Made by a program: the position numbers and the translations under genes
Source: an uncultured Spirochaetota bacterium
GTDB taxonomy: Bacteria; Spirochaetota; Spirochaetia; SZUA-6; Fen-1364
Assembly: GCA_963734545.1 (NCBI GenBank)
Contig: CAVTHO010000008.1
Location: 640,001-704,000 of the forward strand
Direction of reading: 5' to 3'
Length of the DNA: 64,000 nucleotides
Shown: piece after piece, positions 19,258 through 29,148 of the stretch
How positions within the stretch are numbered: the first letter of the stretch is position 1
Layout: the number at the start of each line of letters is the position of its first letter
Notes under the pieces: generated by a model
The model's input: the letters and a program-made list of their open reading frames with translations, nothing else
Told to the model about the DNA's origin: nothing
Database searches by the model: none

Positions 19258-20586
19258 TTATCTTGGCCTGTTCTCGTCGAACAACTTCTGCACCTGGGGA
19301 AGAATCCCGTTGATGTAGTCCTTGGCGGTCACGTTTCCGTTCCAGACGTCGTTGATGCCGGAGTTGATGAGGGTATCGAGCTTGTCGTAGCTGGGGAAAT
19401 AGTACCAGGGGACCTGGACCGCGTTTTTCATTGCATAGTCGATGACCGCGGTCTTGTACTGGGCGAACGGAGGGTGGATGTCATTGTCGGCCCACTTCCT
19501 CATTGCTGCCTCGTTCGCATACCACTTTGCCGAAACAGGCATCCAGATGCCCCCGGTGATGAGGTCCCAGCCATTGGACTCGTCGCTCATCCACTTGACG
19601 AACGTCTTGGCTGCCGCCAGGTTCTTGGAAGAGCCAAATGCGACAAATGGACCGCCGGTGTTGTACGTGACTGCCTTTTTCATCTTGGGAAGCACGCCCA
19701 CGCCGTAGACAAGGCCGTCCTTGAGGGAGTTCTTCAGGGAGACGCCGATTTCCCACTGACCGGAGGTTGCCATGGCGACCTTGCCGGTGAGCAGGTTGAC
19801 GTCCAGGCTGGGCATGTTGTTCTTGTCACCGATGGAGGGAGCCACGTGGTCCTTCGTATACAGGTCTGCAATGGCCTGCAGGGCCTCGATGCTCTCGGGC
19901 GTGCCGATGAGCAGCTTCTGGCCGTCAGCGCTCATGACGCCGCCGCCGTTGGAAACCGCGAGCACCGGCCACATCCATGAAACCCTGTTGAAATCAGCGC
20001 CGAAGGTGACGATGTTGTTCGGGTCAAAGCCTGAATCATTCGGGGTCTTGCCGTTCTGGTCCTTCGTGAGCTTCTTGGCAGCCGCGACGAACTCCTTCCA
20101 GGTCCATGCCTTGTCCGCGCTGGCCGGAGGATAGGCGACCTTTGCCTCATCGAACATCTTCTTGTTGTAGTACACGAGCAGGACTTCGTCCGCGCAGCTG
20201 TAGCCCACGACCTTGCCCTTGTACGTGAAGGCAAGCGACTTGAGCGGGGCTTCATCCGGCTTGTACACGCCCGCCATGTCGGCAAGGAGGCCGGCGGCCG
20301 CGTACCGGATGGTCATGGGTTCCGCCATGATGCAGGTGTCCGGCAGCTGCTTTGCCGCGGCCATTGTATTCAGCTTGGTCTCATAGTCGTTGCGGCTGAC
20401 CGCGATCATGGTGACGTGGATATTGTCCTGCGATGCATTGAACTTATCCAGGGTCTTCTGGATGTCCGCGGCCTCGGACTCGGTCGTGTTGTACCAGGCC
20501 ATGTAGGTGATCTCGATTTTCGCCGCAAATGCGGAGGCGGCGAGCAGTACGAAGGCCAGCGCCAGGACGTACTTCAGCTTCTTCAT
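19258..20586 (-). CDS. Sugar ABC transporter substrate-binding protein
   Basis: Signal peptide ending AFA; KKLTKDQNGKTPNDSGFDPNNIVTFG is shared with the SBP at 1799-3161. Confidence 0.93.
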   Translation of the reverse strand: MKKLKYVLALAFVLLAASAFAAKIEITYMAWYNTTESEAADIQKTLDKFNASQDNIHVTMIAVSRNDYETKLNTMAAAKQLPDTCIMAEPMTIRYAAAGLLADMAGVYKPDEAPLKSLAFTYKGKVVGYSCADEVLLVYYNKKMFDEAKVAYPPASADKAWTWKEFVAAAKKLTKDQNGKTPNDSGFDPNNIVTFGADFNRVSWMWPVLAVSNGGGVMSADGQKLLIGTPESIEALQAIADLYTKDHVAPSIGDKNNMPSLDVNLLTGKVAMATSGQWEIGVSLKNSLKDGLVYGVGVLPKMKKAVTYNTGGPFVAFGSSKNLAAAKTFVKWMSDESNGWDLITGGIWMPVSAKWYANEAAMRKWADNDIHPPFAQYKTAVIDYAMKNAVQVPWYYFPSYDKLDTLINSGINDVWNGNVTAKDYINGILPQVQKLFDENRPR

Positions 20587-20634
20587 CAGTTCTCTCCTTT
20601 GGGCGATACGAGTCTCGTATCGCTGCTGTGCGAC

Positions 20635-20674
20635 TGTACGTTCAAGGGCCGGTTGGCTATATTTTGAACGTACC
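20635..20674. promoter_or_regulatory. Two AraR-like operator sites upstream of the SBP gene
   Basis: TGTACGTTCA (20635-20644) and TGAACGTACC (20665-20674) resemble the Bacillus AraR core TGTACGTACA. Confidence 0.5.
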
Positions 20675-20745
20675 CAACGGCTTGCGGTACCGGGAACATG
20701 CTTCTCAGGCGGAACCCGGTACCGCGGCTGTTCTTGTTCCTCTCC

Positions 20746-21891
20746 TCACCCCCCCGGCTTCACCTCCTTGCATGATTTCCTGACAACCAGGTCTATGGGA
20801 AATTCGATCCTTACCGACGGCAGGTTACCGTTCTCCACGCGCTCGAGCAGCCTTCTCCCTGCCGTTCGTGCCATGTCTCTCGAATGGATCCGCATGGTCG
20901 TGAGCGGCGGCGAGGCGTGGCGCGCGAGCTCCGAATCGTCGAAGCCGATGACGGAAATGTCATCCGGCACCCTGAGGGAGTGCTCGGAAAGCGCGGAAAG
21001 CGCGCCGATGGCCAGGAGGTCGTTCGCGCAGAACACGGCGGTGAGGTCCGGGCAGCGCGCAATGAGTCGATTCATCGCCGCGTAGCCCGCCTCCGCGGAC
21101 CACCCCTCGTCGCCGCCGACAAGCCGCTCGTCGGGGACGCCGCCCGCCTGCTCGATGGCTTCTTTCCACGCAAGGAATCGGACCCGGGCCGATTCGAGGC
21201 GCAGCGGCCCATTGACGATCGCGACGCGCGCATGACCCAGCTCATGGAGATAGTGCACCGCTTTCCGGGCTCCGGCAGCGAGATCCATTGTGACGAGGTC
21301 GAGTCCCTCGATGGCGGCGGTCGGCGCAAGGAGCACGGTCGGAACGCCGCTGGCCTTGATCAGCTCGAGCACCTCCGGATTTCTCGCCTCCTCCACAATG
21401 ACACCGTCCACTTTTTCGAGAAACGCGCGAAAGGCTTCGCGCTCTTCGGGATCATAGTCATCGAGGTACGAGAACAGGGTATGCCGGCCCGACCGGGCCG
21501 TTTCTTCTTCGATGCCGAGGAAGACGTCGAAGTAGAAGGCTTCGGACGCGATGGGCTTGCGCTCGGACTTCTCCTTGCAGACCACGTAGCCCAGCGTGCC
21601 CGTCGTGGTGCGCGGTCCGGCTTTGGGTCCCTGCTTCCGTTTTACAAATGTCCCCTGCCCGACCGAGCGCTCGAAGAGACCGCGCGCCGTCAGCGCCAGC
21701 ACGGCGTTTCGGACAGTCGTGCGGCTCACATCCAGCTCGACAGCGAGCTCACGCTCGGAGGGGATTTTTGTCCCCACGGGCCAGGCGTCAGATCCGATCC
21801 TGGCGAGCAGGAAGGATTCGACCTGTGCCTGCATCGAATCCCTGGCGTTCCTTTGAATGGTCTCTTTGGCTTCCACCACTTTCCTGCGCAT
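20746..21891 (-). CDS. GntR-HTH / LacI-sensor hybrid repressor (AraR-like architecture)
   Basis: KIPSERELAVELDVSRTTVRNA...GQGTFV, followed by a LacI-type sensor (AVFCANDLLAIG, VPDDISVIGFDD). Confidence 0.92.
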   Translation of the reverse strand: MRRKVVEAKETIQRNARDSMQAQVESFLLARIGSDAWPVGTKIPSERELAVELDVSRTTVRNAVLALTARGLFERSVGQGTFVKRKQGPKAGPRTTTGTLGYVVCKEKSERKPIASEAFYFDVFLGIEEETARSGRHTLFSYLDDYDPEEREAFRAFLEKVDGVIVEEARNPEVLELIKASGVPTVLLAPTAAIEGLDLVTMDLAAGARKAVHYLHELGHARVAIVNGPLRLESARVRFLAWKEAIEQAGGVPDERLVGGDEGWSAEAGYAAMNRLIARCPDLTAVFCANDLLAIGALSALSEHSLRVPDDISVIGFDDSELARHASPPLTTMRIHSRDMARTAGRRLLERVENGNLPSVRIEFPIDLVVRKSCKEVKPGG

Positions 21892-21943
21892 AATTGGTTA
21901 CAACCAATTACAACCATTATTGCACACATGTTGATTTTGTCAA
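21891..21943 (-). promoter_or_regulatory. Promoter and palindromic operator of the regulator gene
   Basis: Minus strand TTGACA-N16-AATAAT with extended TG. Perfect palindrome TAATTGGTT-AC-AACCAATTA (21891-21910) abuts the start codon. Confidence 0.7.
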
Positions 21944-21964
21944 GCAAAATATTCGAAGAATTTT

Positions 21965-22787
21965 CTACTTTATCGAGCCCAGCAATCCCGCGACGAATTG
22001 GCGCTGCATGGCGAGGAAACAGTACCAGGACCGGCAGAACGGAAAGGACAACGATGATCATCAGGGCGCCGTACTCTATGGTGTAGGCGCGCATCATTGA
22101 TGACATCGCGATGGGGAGCGTCTTCTTCGTGTCCCCGAGAATGGTCATGAGAGGCCAGAGATAGCTGTTCCACTGCGCAAGAAAGATATAGATGGCCGCG
22201 GACGCGAAGCTCGCCTTCATGGACGGGAAAACGATGCCGAGAAAAATGCGGGATTCACTCGCCCCGTCCACGCGCGCCGCCTCCATGATCTCATTCGGGA
22301 ACATCCTGAAGTTCTGCCGCATGAAGAAGATGATGAAAACCGACATCACCGAGGGCAGAATGATCGCGGCGTGGGTGTTGAGCAGCTTGAAGAAGGCGAC
22401 CAGCCGGAACAGCGGGATGACGAGGGCGATCTGGGGGATGATCAGGGCCAGGAGGAGAACGGCAAATACGGCCTCGCGCGCCTTTGAGCGGTACTTCTCG
22501 AATCCGAAGGCCGCAAACGCGTTTACCGCCACGCCGAAGACCACGGTGAGGAGCGCAATCTTGGCCGAGTTGAAGAAGAACAGGAGGAGGTTGTAGTTCT
22601 TGATCGCCTTCTCGAAATTGCTCCCGAACTCGCGGCCGGGAATGACAATGCCGCGCACCACATCGTTCGGATTCAGCGTCATGCCTACGATCATCCAGAA
22701 GAACGGAAAGACGCAGAGGAACGCGCCGACAAGGAGCAGTATCCAGAGAATGAATCGGCCGAATGATCCGTACTTGACGACAGCCAT
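21965..22787 (-). CDS. Carbohydrate ABC permease (LacG/AraQ-like), frameshift near the 3' end
   Basis: FFMRQNFRMFPNEIMEAARVDGA and QWNSYLWPL; ends MQRQFVAGLLGSIK*. Confidence 0.88.
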
Positions 22788-23674
22788 CAGTCCCTCCGTC
22801 CCGAGCAGCCTGATCTGGATGAAGGCAAGGACGCCCGCAATGAGGACGATCACGTAGGACAGCGCCGTTGCATAGCCGAAGTCCGAGTTGAGCACGAATG
22901 CCTGCCGGAAGATGTAGAGGGCGGCGGTCATCGTGGCATTGCCCGGACCTCCCTCCCAGGTCAGGATGTTCGGTTCGTCGAAGAGCTGCATCGTGCCGCT
23001 GGTGGAGGTCACGGCGGAGAACAGAATGACCGGGACCAGGAGGGGCAGAGTGATGGCAAAGAACTTGCGCCGCTGGCTGGCCCCGTCCACCTCGGCCGCC
23101 TCGAATATGTCCGTGTCGATGTTCTGGAGCCCGACGAGAAAAAAGATCATGTTGTACCCGGTCCATCGCCATGTCAGGCCCATGATGATCGTCACCTTTG
23201 CCCAGAAAGGATCGCTGAGCCATCCGATGGGCTTGGCGATGAGACCGAAGTTGAGAAAGAGATTGTTGAGCAGCCCGTTCGACTGCAGGAGCATCCTGAA
23301 GATCACGGAGTAGGCGACAAGGGACATGACGCACGGGAGGAAATAGATCATCCTGAACGCTCCCCGGTACCTCTTGATTCCCTGGTTGAGGATAACCGCC
23401 AGGATGAGGGCCAGGAGTATCATCAGGGGGATCTGGACCACCATGAAGAGGAAGTTGTGACCGAGCGCCTGCCAGAAGATGCCGTCCGTGGCCATGCGGA
23501 CGAAATTGCCGAGCCCGACGAGGTATTGATGAAGCCCTTCCACTTGCGCGTGACGAGGAACAGTGACGACAGGATGGGATAGAGCATCAAGGCACAGAAC
23601 AAGGCAATTGCCGGGAGGGCGAAAAGCCAGCCGATTCGATTCAGGTACCGATAGTATGAGCCACTCTTGTTCAC
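22787..23674 (-). CDS. Carbohydrate ABC permease (LacF/AraP-like), frameshifted near the 5' end
   Basis: IGWLFALPA; WRWTGYNMIFFLVGLQNIDTDIFEAAEVDGA. Confidence 0.88.
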
Positions 23675-23690
23675 GCGACACTCCTCGATC

Positions 23691-23754
23691 TCCGCGGAAT
23701 ACCGCGGAACTCAGTGGAATACCACGGCGAAGACAAATCCGTGGAGTACCACGG
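23691..23754 (+). repeat. Three hairpin-element copies with compensatory stems
   Basis: TCCGCGG-AATA-CCGCGGA, CAGTGG-AATA-CCACGG and AAAT-CCGTGG-AGTA-CCACGG. Confidence 0.8.
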
Positions 23755-23760
23755 CGGCCC

Positions 23761-23810
23761 AAAAAAACTTCCGCCCCTATTTCCGCGAATGTCTCGGAAG
23801 GGGCGGAAGC
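23761..23810 (-). terminator. Rho-independent terminator or attenuator after the SBP gene
   Basis: Minus strand CTTCCGCCCCT...AGGGGCGGAAG followed by TTTTTTT. Confidence 0.75.
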
Positions 23811-23829
23811 TGATTACTGCAGCGCGGCC

Positions 23830-25118
23830 TTACTGGCCGACAGTCTGCTTGTACTCCTGCTCAGCGGCGGCGATGACATCGTCGGGGCTGGCAAGGTCAC
23901 CCTTGTACATGCGAAGTGTCGCATTATTGAGGGCCGTGCGCATGGAAACTAGTAGGTGGTATAGTACATGAGGACGGGAACCTTCTCCATCCATGCGGCA
24001 AAGTCCTTGAACACTGCCTGGCTCTTGTAGAAGTACTCGTCCGGGGCCGTGTAGTTGGAGCCGCTCCTGCTCGGCAGGTAGGTTCCCATGGCGCCGGCGC
24101 CCTTGAGAATGGTGTTGTAGAACTGCAGGGCGTCGGGTGCGCTGCTGGCCCACGTGCTCTTCAGGAAGTCCACCGCGGCCGCCTTGTTCGGGCTGGAAGC
24201 GAACACGTACCAGCTCGAGCCTCCGTTGTTGCTCGCGTTCGCGGCGCCCTCGCAACACCTTCGAGCAGCGGGGTCGGGAACGACCATCCACTTGCCCGCG
24301 TTCTCCGGCTTGGACTTCAACGTCCCGACCATCCACAGGGCCTGGAGGAAGCCCGCCGCGTCTCCGTTGTTGAACGCGGAAACCCAGTTGTTCCAGCCTT
24401 CAGCCATGAACATGAGGCCCTTGTCGTTCAGATCCTTCAGGACGGCGAGGGACTTCTTGACGGCGGGGGTGCGGAGGTTCAGGCTGCCGTCCTTGTTGAA
24501 GAACTGCGTGCCCGTGGACTGCACCATCATGCGCAGGATGTCGAAGCTCGTGGTGTCATAGGCCATGATCGGCTTCCCGATCTTCGCCTTGACGGTGACG
24601 CCGAGCGCGTGAGCTGACGTCCCACGTCAGGTTCTTCTTGTAGCTGTCAGGATTGAGGCCCGCGCTGCTTGAGCATATCGGTGCGCAGCCAGTAGCCGGT
24701 GGAGCCGGTGTCAAAGGGGATGCCGTAGACCTTGCCCTTGTCCGACATGACGGCGACCTTGTAGGCGGCGAACTTGGAGTAGTCCACTCCGGCTGCCTTC
24801 AGGTCGACGAAGATGCCGGGATAGTTCGCGACGAACCTTTCGATTCCGAAGTCCTGGAACAGGGCAATGTCGGGCAATCCCGCGCCCCCTGCCTGCAGGC
24901 CCGCTTCGATCTTTGCCTCGATGTCCTGCGGGATATCGACGATGTCGATCGTGACGTCCGGGTGCGTCTTGTTGTAGACGGCCGCGGCCTGCTTCATGGA
25001 GATACCCATTGAAGTTGGGGTCCCAGCACCAGATCGTTATGGTCGAGGCCGCCATCACGCTCGGAGCCGCGATGACAAAAGCGAGTACGACCATTAAGGC
25101 AAATACGACTCTCTTCAT
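23830..25118 (-). CDS. Sugar ABC substrate-binding protein (LacE/AraN-like), frameshifted
   Basis: Signal peptide; ITIWCWDPNFN, GLPDIALFQD, YGIPFDTG and SNNGGSSWYV. Confidence 0.87.
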
Positions 25119-25159
25119 AAAACTGCCTCCTTTGGCAGAGAAAGTTTTAGAGCACGATT

Positions 25160-25187
25160 ATTATAGGCTGCCCCTTTCATCTGTCAA
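25160..25187 (-). promoter_or_regulatory. Consensus sigma70 promoter for the third sugar ABC operon
   Basis: TTGACA-N16-TATAAT on the minus strand; AAGGAGG RBS before the ATG. Confidence 0.8.
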
Positions 25188-25394
25188 GGATGATTTGTCC
25201 GCGTGACACTTTTTGAGCCGTGATATGCTTGTTCTTGCCTGCGGTAAGGAGCTTCTCTGAAGCCTGGTCCACACCTGTACCGTCACCCGCAGTTTCGGCG
25301 TTCCACGAACGCCTGAAAATATTTTCAGTTTTCAATTCGCAAAGGGGATCTCAGATGGAGCAGCACGCGGTAGGGGTAGTAAGGCAGGAAAGCT

Positions 25395-27519
25395 TCACGA
25401 GCCCTTTGACGGCACGTGGATGATCTCTCGCGGTTTGCTTCCCTGGGCGGGACCCACGATGCCGCGCATCTCCATCTCCTCCACGAGCCGCGCCGCGCGG
25501 TTGTAGCCCACCTTGAGCCGCCGCTGGAGGTAGGAGGCCGAGGCCTTTCCCTGTGAGACGATTATCTCGAGGGCCCGCTCGAACAGCGGATCATTTCCCG
25601 GCTCGCCCTCGAAGTCGTTGGTCTCCTCATCGTCGAAGAACACCTCGTCCTCGATGTACTGCGGGGGCCCGAGCTTTTTCACGTACTCGGTGACCGCGTC
25701 GGTCTCCTCGTCGTCGATGTACGCGCCCTGGATGCGGACGGGAAACGGGTTCCACGCGGCCGAGAAGAGCATGTCGCCCTTGCCGAGGAGCTTCTCCGCG
25801 CCCACCGCGTCGATGATGATGCGCGAGTCGAACTTGTTGGCCACCATGAAGGCGATGCGGGAAGGGATGTTGGCCTTGATGAGACCGGTGATGACGTCGA
25901 TGGACGGCCGCTGGGTGGCCAGCACCATGTGGATGCCTACCGCCCGGGCCATGGCGGCAAGCCGCGCGAGGGTGGATTCCAGCTCCTTGCCCGTGGTGGC
26001 CATCAGGTCGGCGAACTCGTCGATCACGATGACGATGTAGGGAAGCCGCTGCACCCGCTCCTTCTTCGCTTTCTTGTTGAACGCGCGGATGTCGCGCACC
26101 CCCAGGGCGTCCAGGAGAGTGTAGCGCCGTTCCATTTCCGAGATGCAGTACTGCAGGGCCTGGAATGCCTTCTTGGGATCCGTGATCACGGGCGTCAGCA
26201 GGTGCGGGCACCCATTGTAGCGCTTGAGCTCCACGATCTTCGGGTCGATGAGGAACAGCCGCACCTCGTCGGGAGACTTCGCGGAAGAGGATCGAGCAGA
26301 TGATGGAGTTCACCAGCACGCTCTTGCCCGAGTTGGTGGCGCCGCCGATGAGCAGGTGCGGGGTCTGGATCAGGTCGATGACCTGCGCTTCGCCCAGGAT
26401 GTCCTTGCCGAGCGCGAGGGGGATCTCGTACGGCGACTTCTGCATCACGTCCAGGGAGATCATCTCCTTGAAGGAAACGATGGAGCGCACCCGGTTGGGC
26501 ACCTCGATGCCCACCGCGTGCCGTCCGGGGATCGGCGCGACGATGCGGACGCTCGGCGCGGCGAGGCGCAGCGCGATGTTGTCGGACAGGTTGGCGATCT
26601 TGGACACCCGCACCCCCTGCGCGGGCAGCACCTCGAAGAGCGTGATGACGGGACCCTTGCGGATGCCGGTCACCTCGGCATCGATGTTGAACTCCTTCAG
26701 CGCGTCGGTGAGGATTTTGGAGGCCCGCTTGGTCTCCTCGTCGATGATCCAGTACTCATTGTCGCCCCGGTTTTTCAGAACATCGTGCACGGGGATGTTG
26801 TACCTGGCCCCGGCTGCCGGTTTCGGAAAAGGAAGCTCTTCCTGCTCGGGGCCGGGCGTGAGCATCACGGAGGGCGCCCTCGGCCTGGCGCGCAGGGGAA
26901 GACCCCTTTCCACCGGTGAAAGGCCGACAGCGTCCGGTTCGACACGCTCGTCCTCGGCAGCAGGCTCCTCCGGCTCCGGTTCCTCTTCATTCTGCTCCTC
27001 GACGGCTTCCGGGGCCGCCTCCGCCTCGTTTGCCGCCAGGTGAGCATCGACAGTCGGCGCGCCGGCCGACTGGCTCGTCGAAGCAGCGGTGCGGGTCCCG
27101 GACGGCAGGGTGAAGAGAAAGATGGTCTCCAGGGCAAGGAGAAGGAAGAGCAGAAGCGCGGACGGGACCATCCCGAATGAGTCGAGAAGAAGCTGGGGCA
27201 GCGCGGACGTGGATTTCGAAAGGACGTGAAAGAGCAGGCTCAAGGTGATGAAGGGTACGATGGAGAACATGAGCAGAAGGGCGGAGCGCCTGCGGAAGAC
27301 GGGCGCAAGCAGCAGCGCGACGCCGGCCAGGAGGTAGGCAGGCACGAAGAAGCCGGCCCAGGAAAAACCTTCGATCAGGAACTTCCCCAGGGCACCCGCC
27401 GGACCAGGGACTCCCCCCAGGTGCAGACCCAGTGAGGTGGCGCACACCAGACAGAGAAAAAGCAGGACGGCAATGAGGGAAACGACCGCAGGAGAGAGCC
27501 TCCTGCCGAATGCAATCAC
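25395..27519 (-). CDS. ftsK: DNA translocase FtsK/SpoIIIE, one apparent frameshift near 26280
   Basis: N-terminal TMs; PHLLIGGATNSGKS, IVIDEFADLM and LATQRPS; gamma domain ASYLQRRLKVGYNRAARL. Confidence 0.95.
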
Positions 27520-27596
27520 ACGAGCCCCCTGATTGATATATCGGTAGCCGGAGGGCCGGATTGACAAGAACCGCGCGCATGACGATGTTCTCCCTC

Positions 27597-28295
27597 ATGA
27601 GCAGAATGTCTCGCACGGGGATCTGGCCGGTCCTCACCCTCATGACAATCGCCCTCCTTCCTGCCGGCGCGCAGCGAACGGAAATTCACAGGGTGCAGGA
27701 TGCCCAGGACGTGTTCCAGACCCTCACGACGGTACCCGAATACCAGGTGCCTGCCGCACTCTTGCGGCAGGTGTACGGTATCGCGATCTTCCCGGGCACG
27801 CAGAGGGCGGGGTTTATCATCGGCGGGCAGCGTGGCAGCGGCGTGCTCGTCGTGCGCGGCCCGGAGGGCTCCTGGAGCAGGCCGTTGTTCCTGACCCTGA
27901 CGGGAGGAAGCGTGGGGTTCCAGATCGGCATCCAGTCCGCCGACATCGTGCTGTTTTTCCGCACGAAGGACAGCGTGGATCGGGTCCTGCGGGGAAAGTA
28001 CACGATGGGGGTTGACGCCTCACTCTCGGCGGGCTCCGTGGGCAGGCAGGCGGGCGCGGTGACCGACCAGGACCTGCGCGCGGAGATCTATTCCTATTCC
28101 CGGACAAGAGGGCTGTTTGCCGGGGTCGCGCTGGCGGGCGCCGCCCTCGAAGTGGATTACGATGCAAGCGCCCACTATTATGGAAAAGAGATTTCAAAAC
28201 CTCTCGACGCGCTGACGGGAAACGGCCTTCCGAACCCGCAATCGGCCGTGGAGCTCAGCCGGGCCATCAGCGCCTGCATTGCGAACCTGAAATGA
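27597..28295 (+). CDS. Ysc84/SYLF lipid-binding domain exported protein
   Basis: AGFIIGGQRGSG, GGSVGFQIGIQSAD and YSYSRTRGLFAGV. Confidence 0.9.
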   Translation: MSRMSRTGIWPVLTLMTIALLPAGAQRTEIHRVQDAQDVFQTLTTVPEYQVPAALLRQVYGIAIFPGTQRAGFIIGGQRGSGVLVVRGPEGSWSRPLFLTLTGGSVGFQIGIQSADIVLFFRTKDSVDRVLRGKYTMGVDASLSAGSVGRQAGAVTDQDLRAEIYSYSRTRGLFAGVALAGAALEVDYDASAHYYGKEISKPLDALTGNGLPNPQSAVELSRAISACIANLK

Positions 28296-28317
28296 GGGGT
28301 GACCGTCCATGCACTGT

Positions 28318-28346
28318 TTGACACTTGTCGATCCCGCCGATAAGAT
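28318..28346 (+). promoter_or_regulatory. Sigma70-type promoter for the oxidase operon
   Basis: TTGACA-N17-TAAGAT. Confidence 0.6.
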
Positions 28347-28397
28347 GAGCGCACAGGGAGCAAATCCCAATCGAGACTCGCGACGAGGAGGTGAACC

Positions 28398-29144
28398 ATG
28401 ATCGATTCACTCTACCAGTTTGTCACGAAGATCGGTTTCCCCGATCCCCTCCATGCTCCGATTACCCACATCCCGATCGGGCTCGTGATCGGCGCGTTCC
28501 TCTTCCTCGTGGTGGGGATAGTGTTCGCCCGAAAGAACGTGCTCACCACGGCGCGGCACGTCTCGATACTGGCTTTCCTCTTCGTCTTCCCCACGATCCT
28601 GTTCGGAGTATTCGACTGGCTGCACTTCTTCAAGGGCGCGCTGATCCCGCCCATCAAGATGAAGATGATCCTGGCCAGCGCCGTGCTCGTTCTCCTTGCC
28701 ATCGGCATCATTCTGGGAAGCGAAGTGAAAATCCACGCCGTGCCGATGCTCTTCGTCTACGGGCTGGCGTTCGTCGCAGTGGTGGGCCTGGGGTGGTACG
28801 GCGCCCGGCTGGTCTACGGAGGCTGGTCCGGCGGCGCCGCGGAAGCGGCACCGCAGCCGGCAGGAAAAACCGCGGTAGTCGCGGCGCCTGCGGGCCAGAA
28901 GATCTACTCTGCCAACTGCTCTTCCTGCCATCCGAACGGCGGCAATGTGGTCAACCCTGCGCTGCCCTTGAAGACATCGAAGAAGCTCTCGGACCTGGCC
29001 GTTTTCACGGCATTCATCCGGTCACCGAAGATGCCGGATGGCTCCGAGGGGGACATGCCGTCCTTCCCGGCAGACCAGATCACCGACAAGCAGGCGGGAG
29101 ACCTCTACAGCTATATCTCCTCCGCGCTGGCCAGCTGGAAATAG
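28398..29144 (+). CDS. DUF2231-like 4-TM domain fused to a class I cytochrome c
   Basis: PLHAPITHIPIG and GWYGARLVY; CSSCH heme motif with downstream GDMPSF. Confidence 0.82.
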   Translation: MIDSLYQFVTKIGFPDPLHAPITHIPIGLVIGAFLFLVVGIVFARKNVLTTARHVSILAFLFVFPTILFGVFDWLHFFKGALIPPIKMKMILASAVLVLLAIGIILGSEVKIHAVPMLFVYGLAFVAVVGLGWYGARLVYGGWSGGAAEAAPQPAGKTAVVAAPAGQKIYSANCSSCHPNGGNVVNPALPLKTSKKLSDLAVFTAFIRSPKMPDGSEGDMPSFPADQITDKQAGDLYSYISSALASWK

Positions 29145-29148
29145 AGAG

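Noticed and set aside
20684-20725. GCGGTACCGGG...CCCGGTACCGC inverted repeat as a member of the hairpin-element family
   Set aside because: It lacks the RAAT foot and has a 20-nt loop; it is more likely the terminator of the regulator gene.
25221-25394. Assignment as 6S RNA or a TPP, glycine or c-di-AMP riboswitch
   Set aside because: The conserved cores could not be matched by eye, so it is kept only as an unassigned structured candidate.
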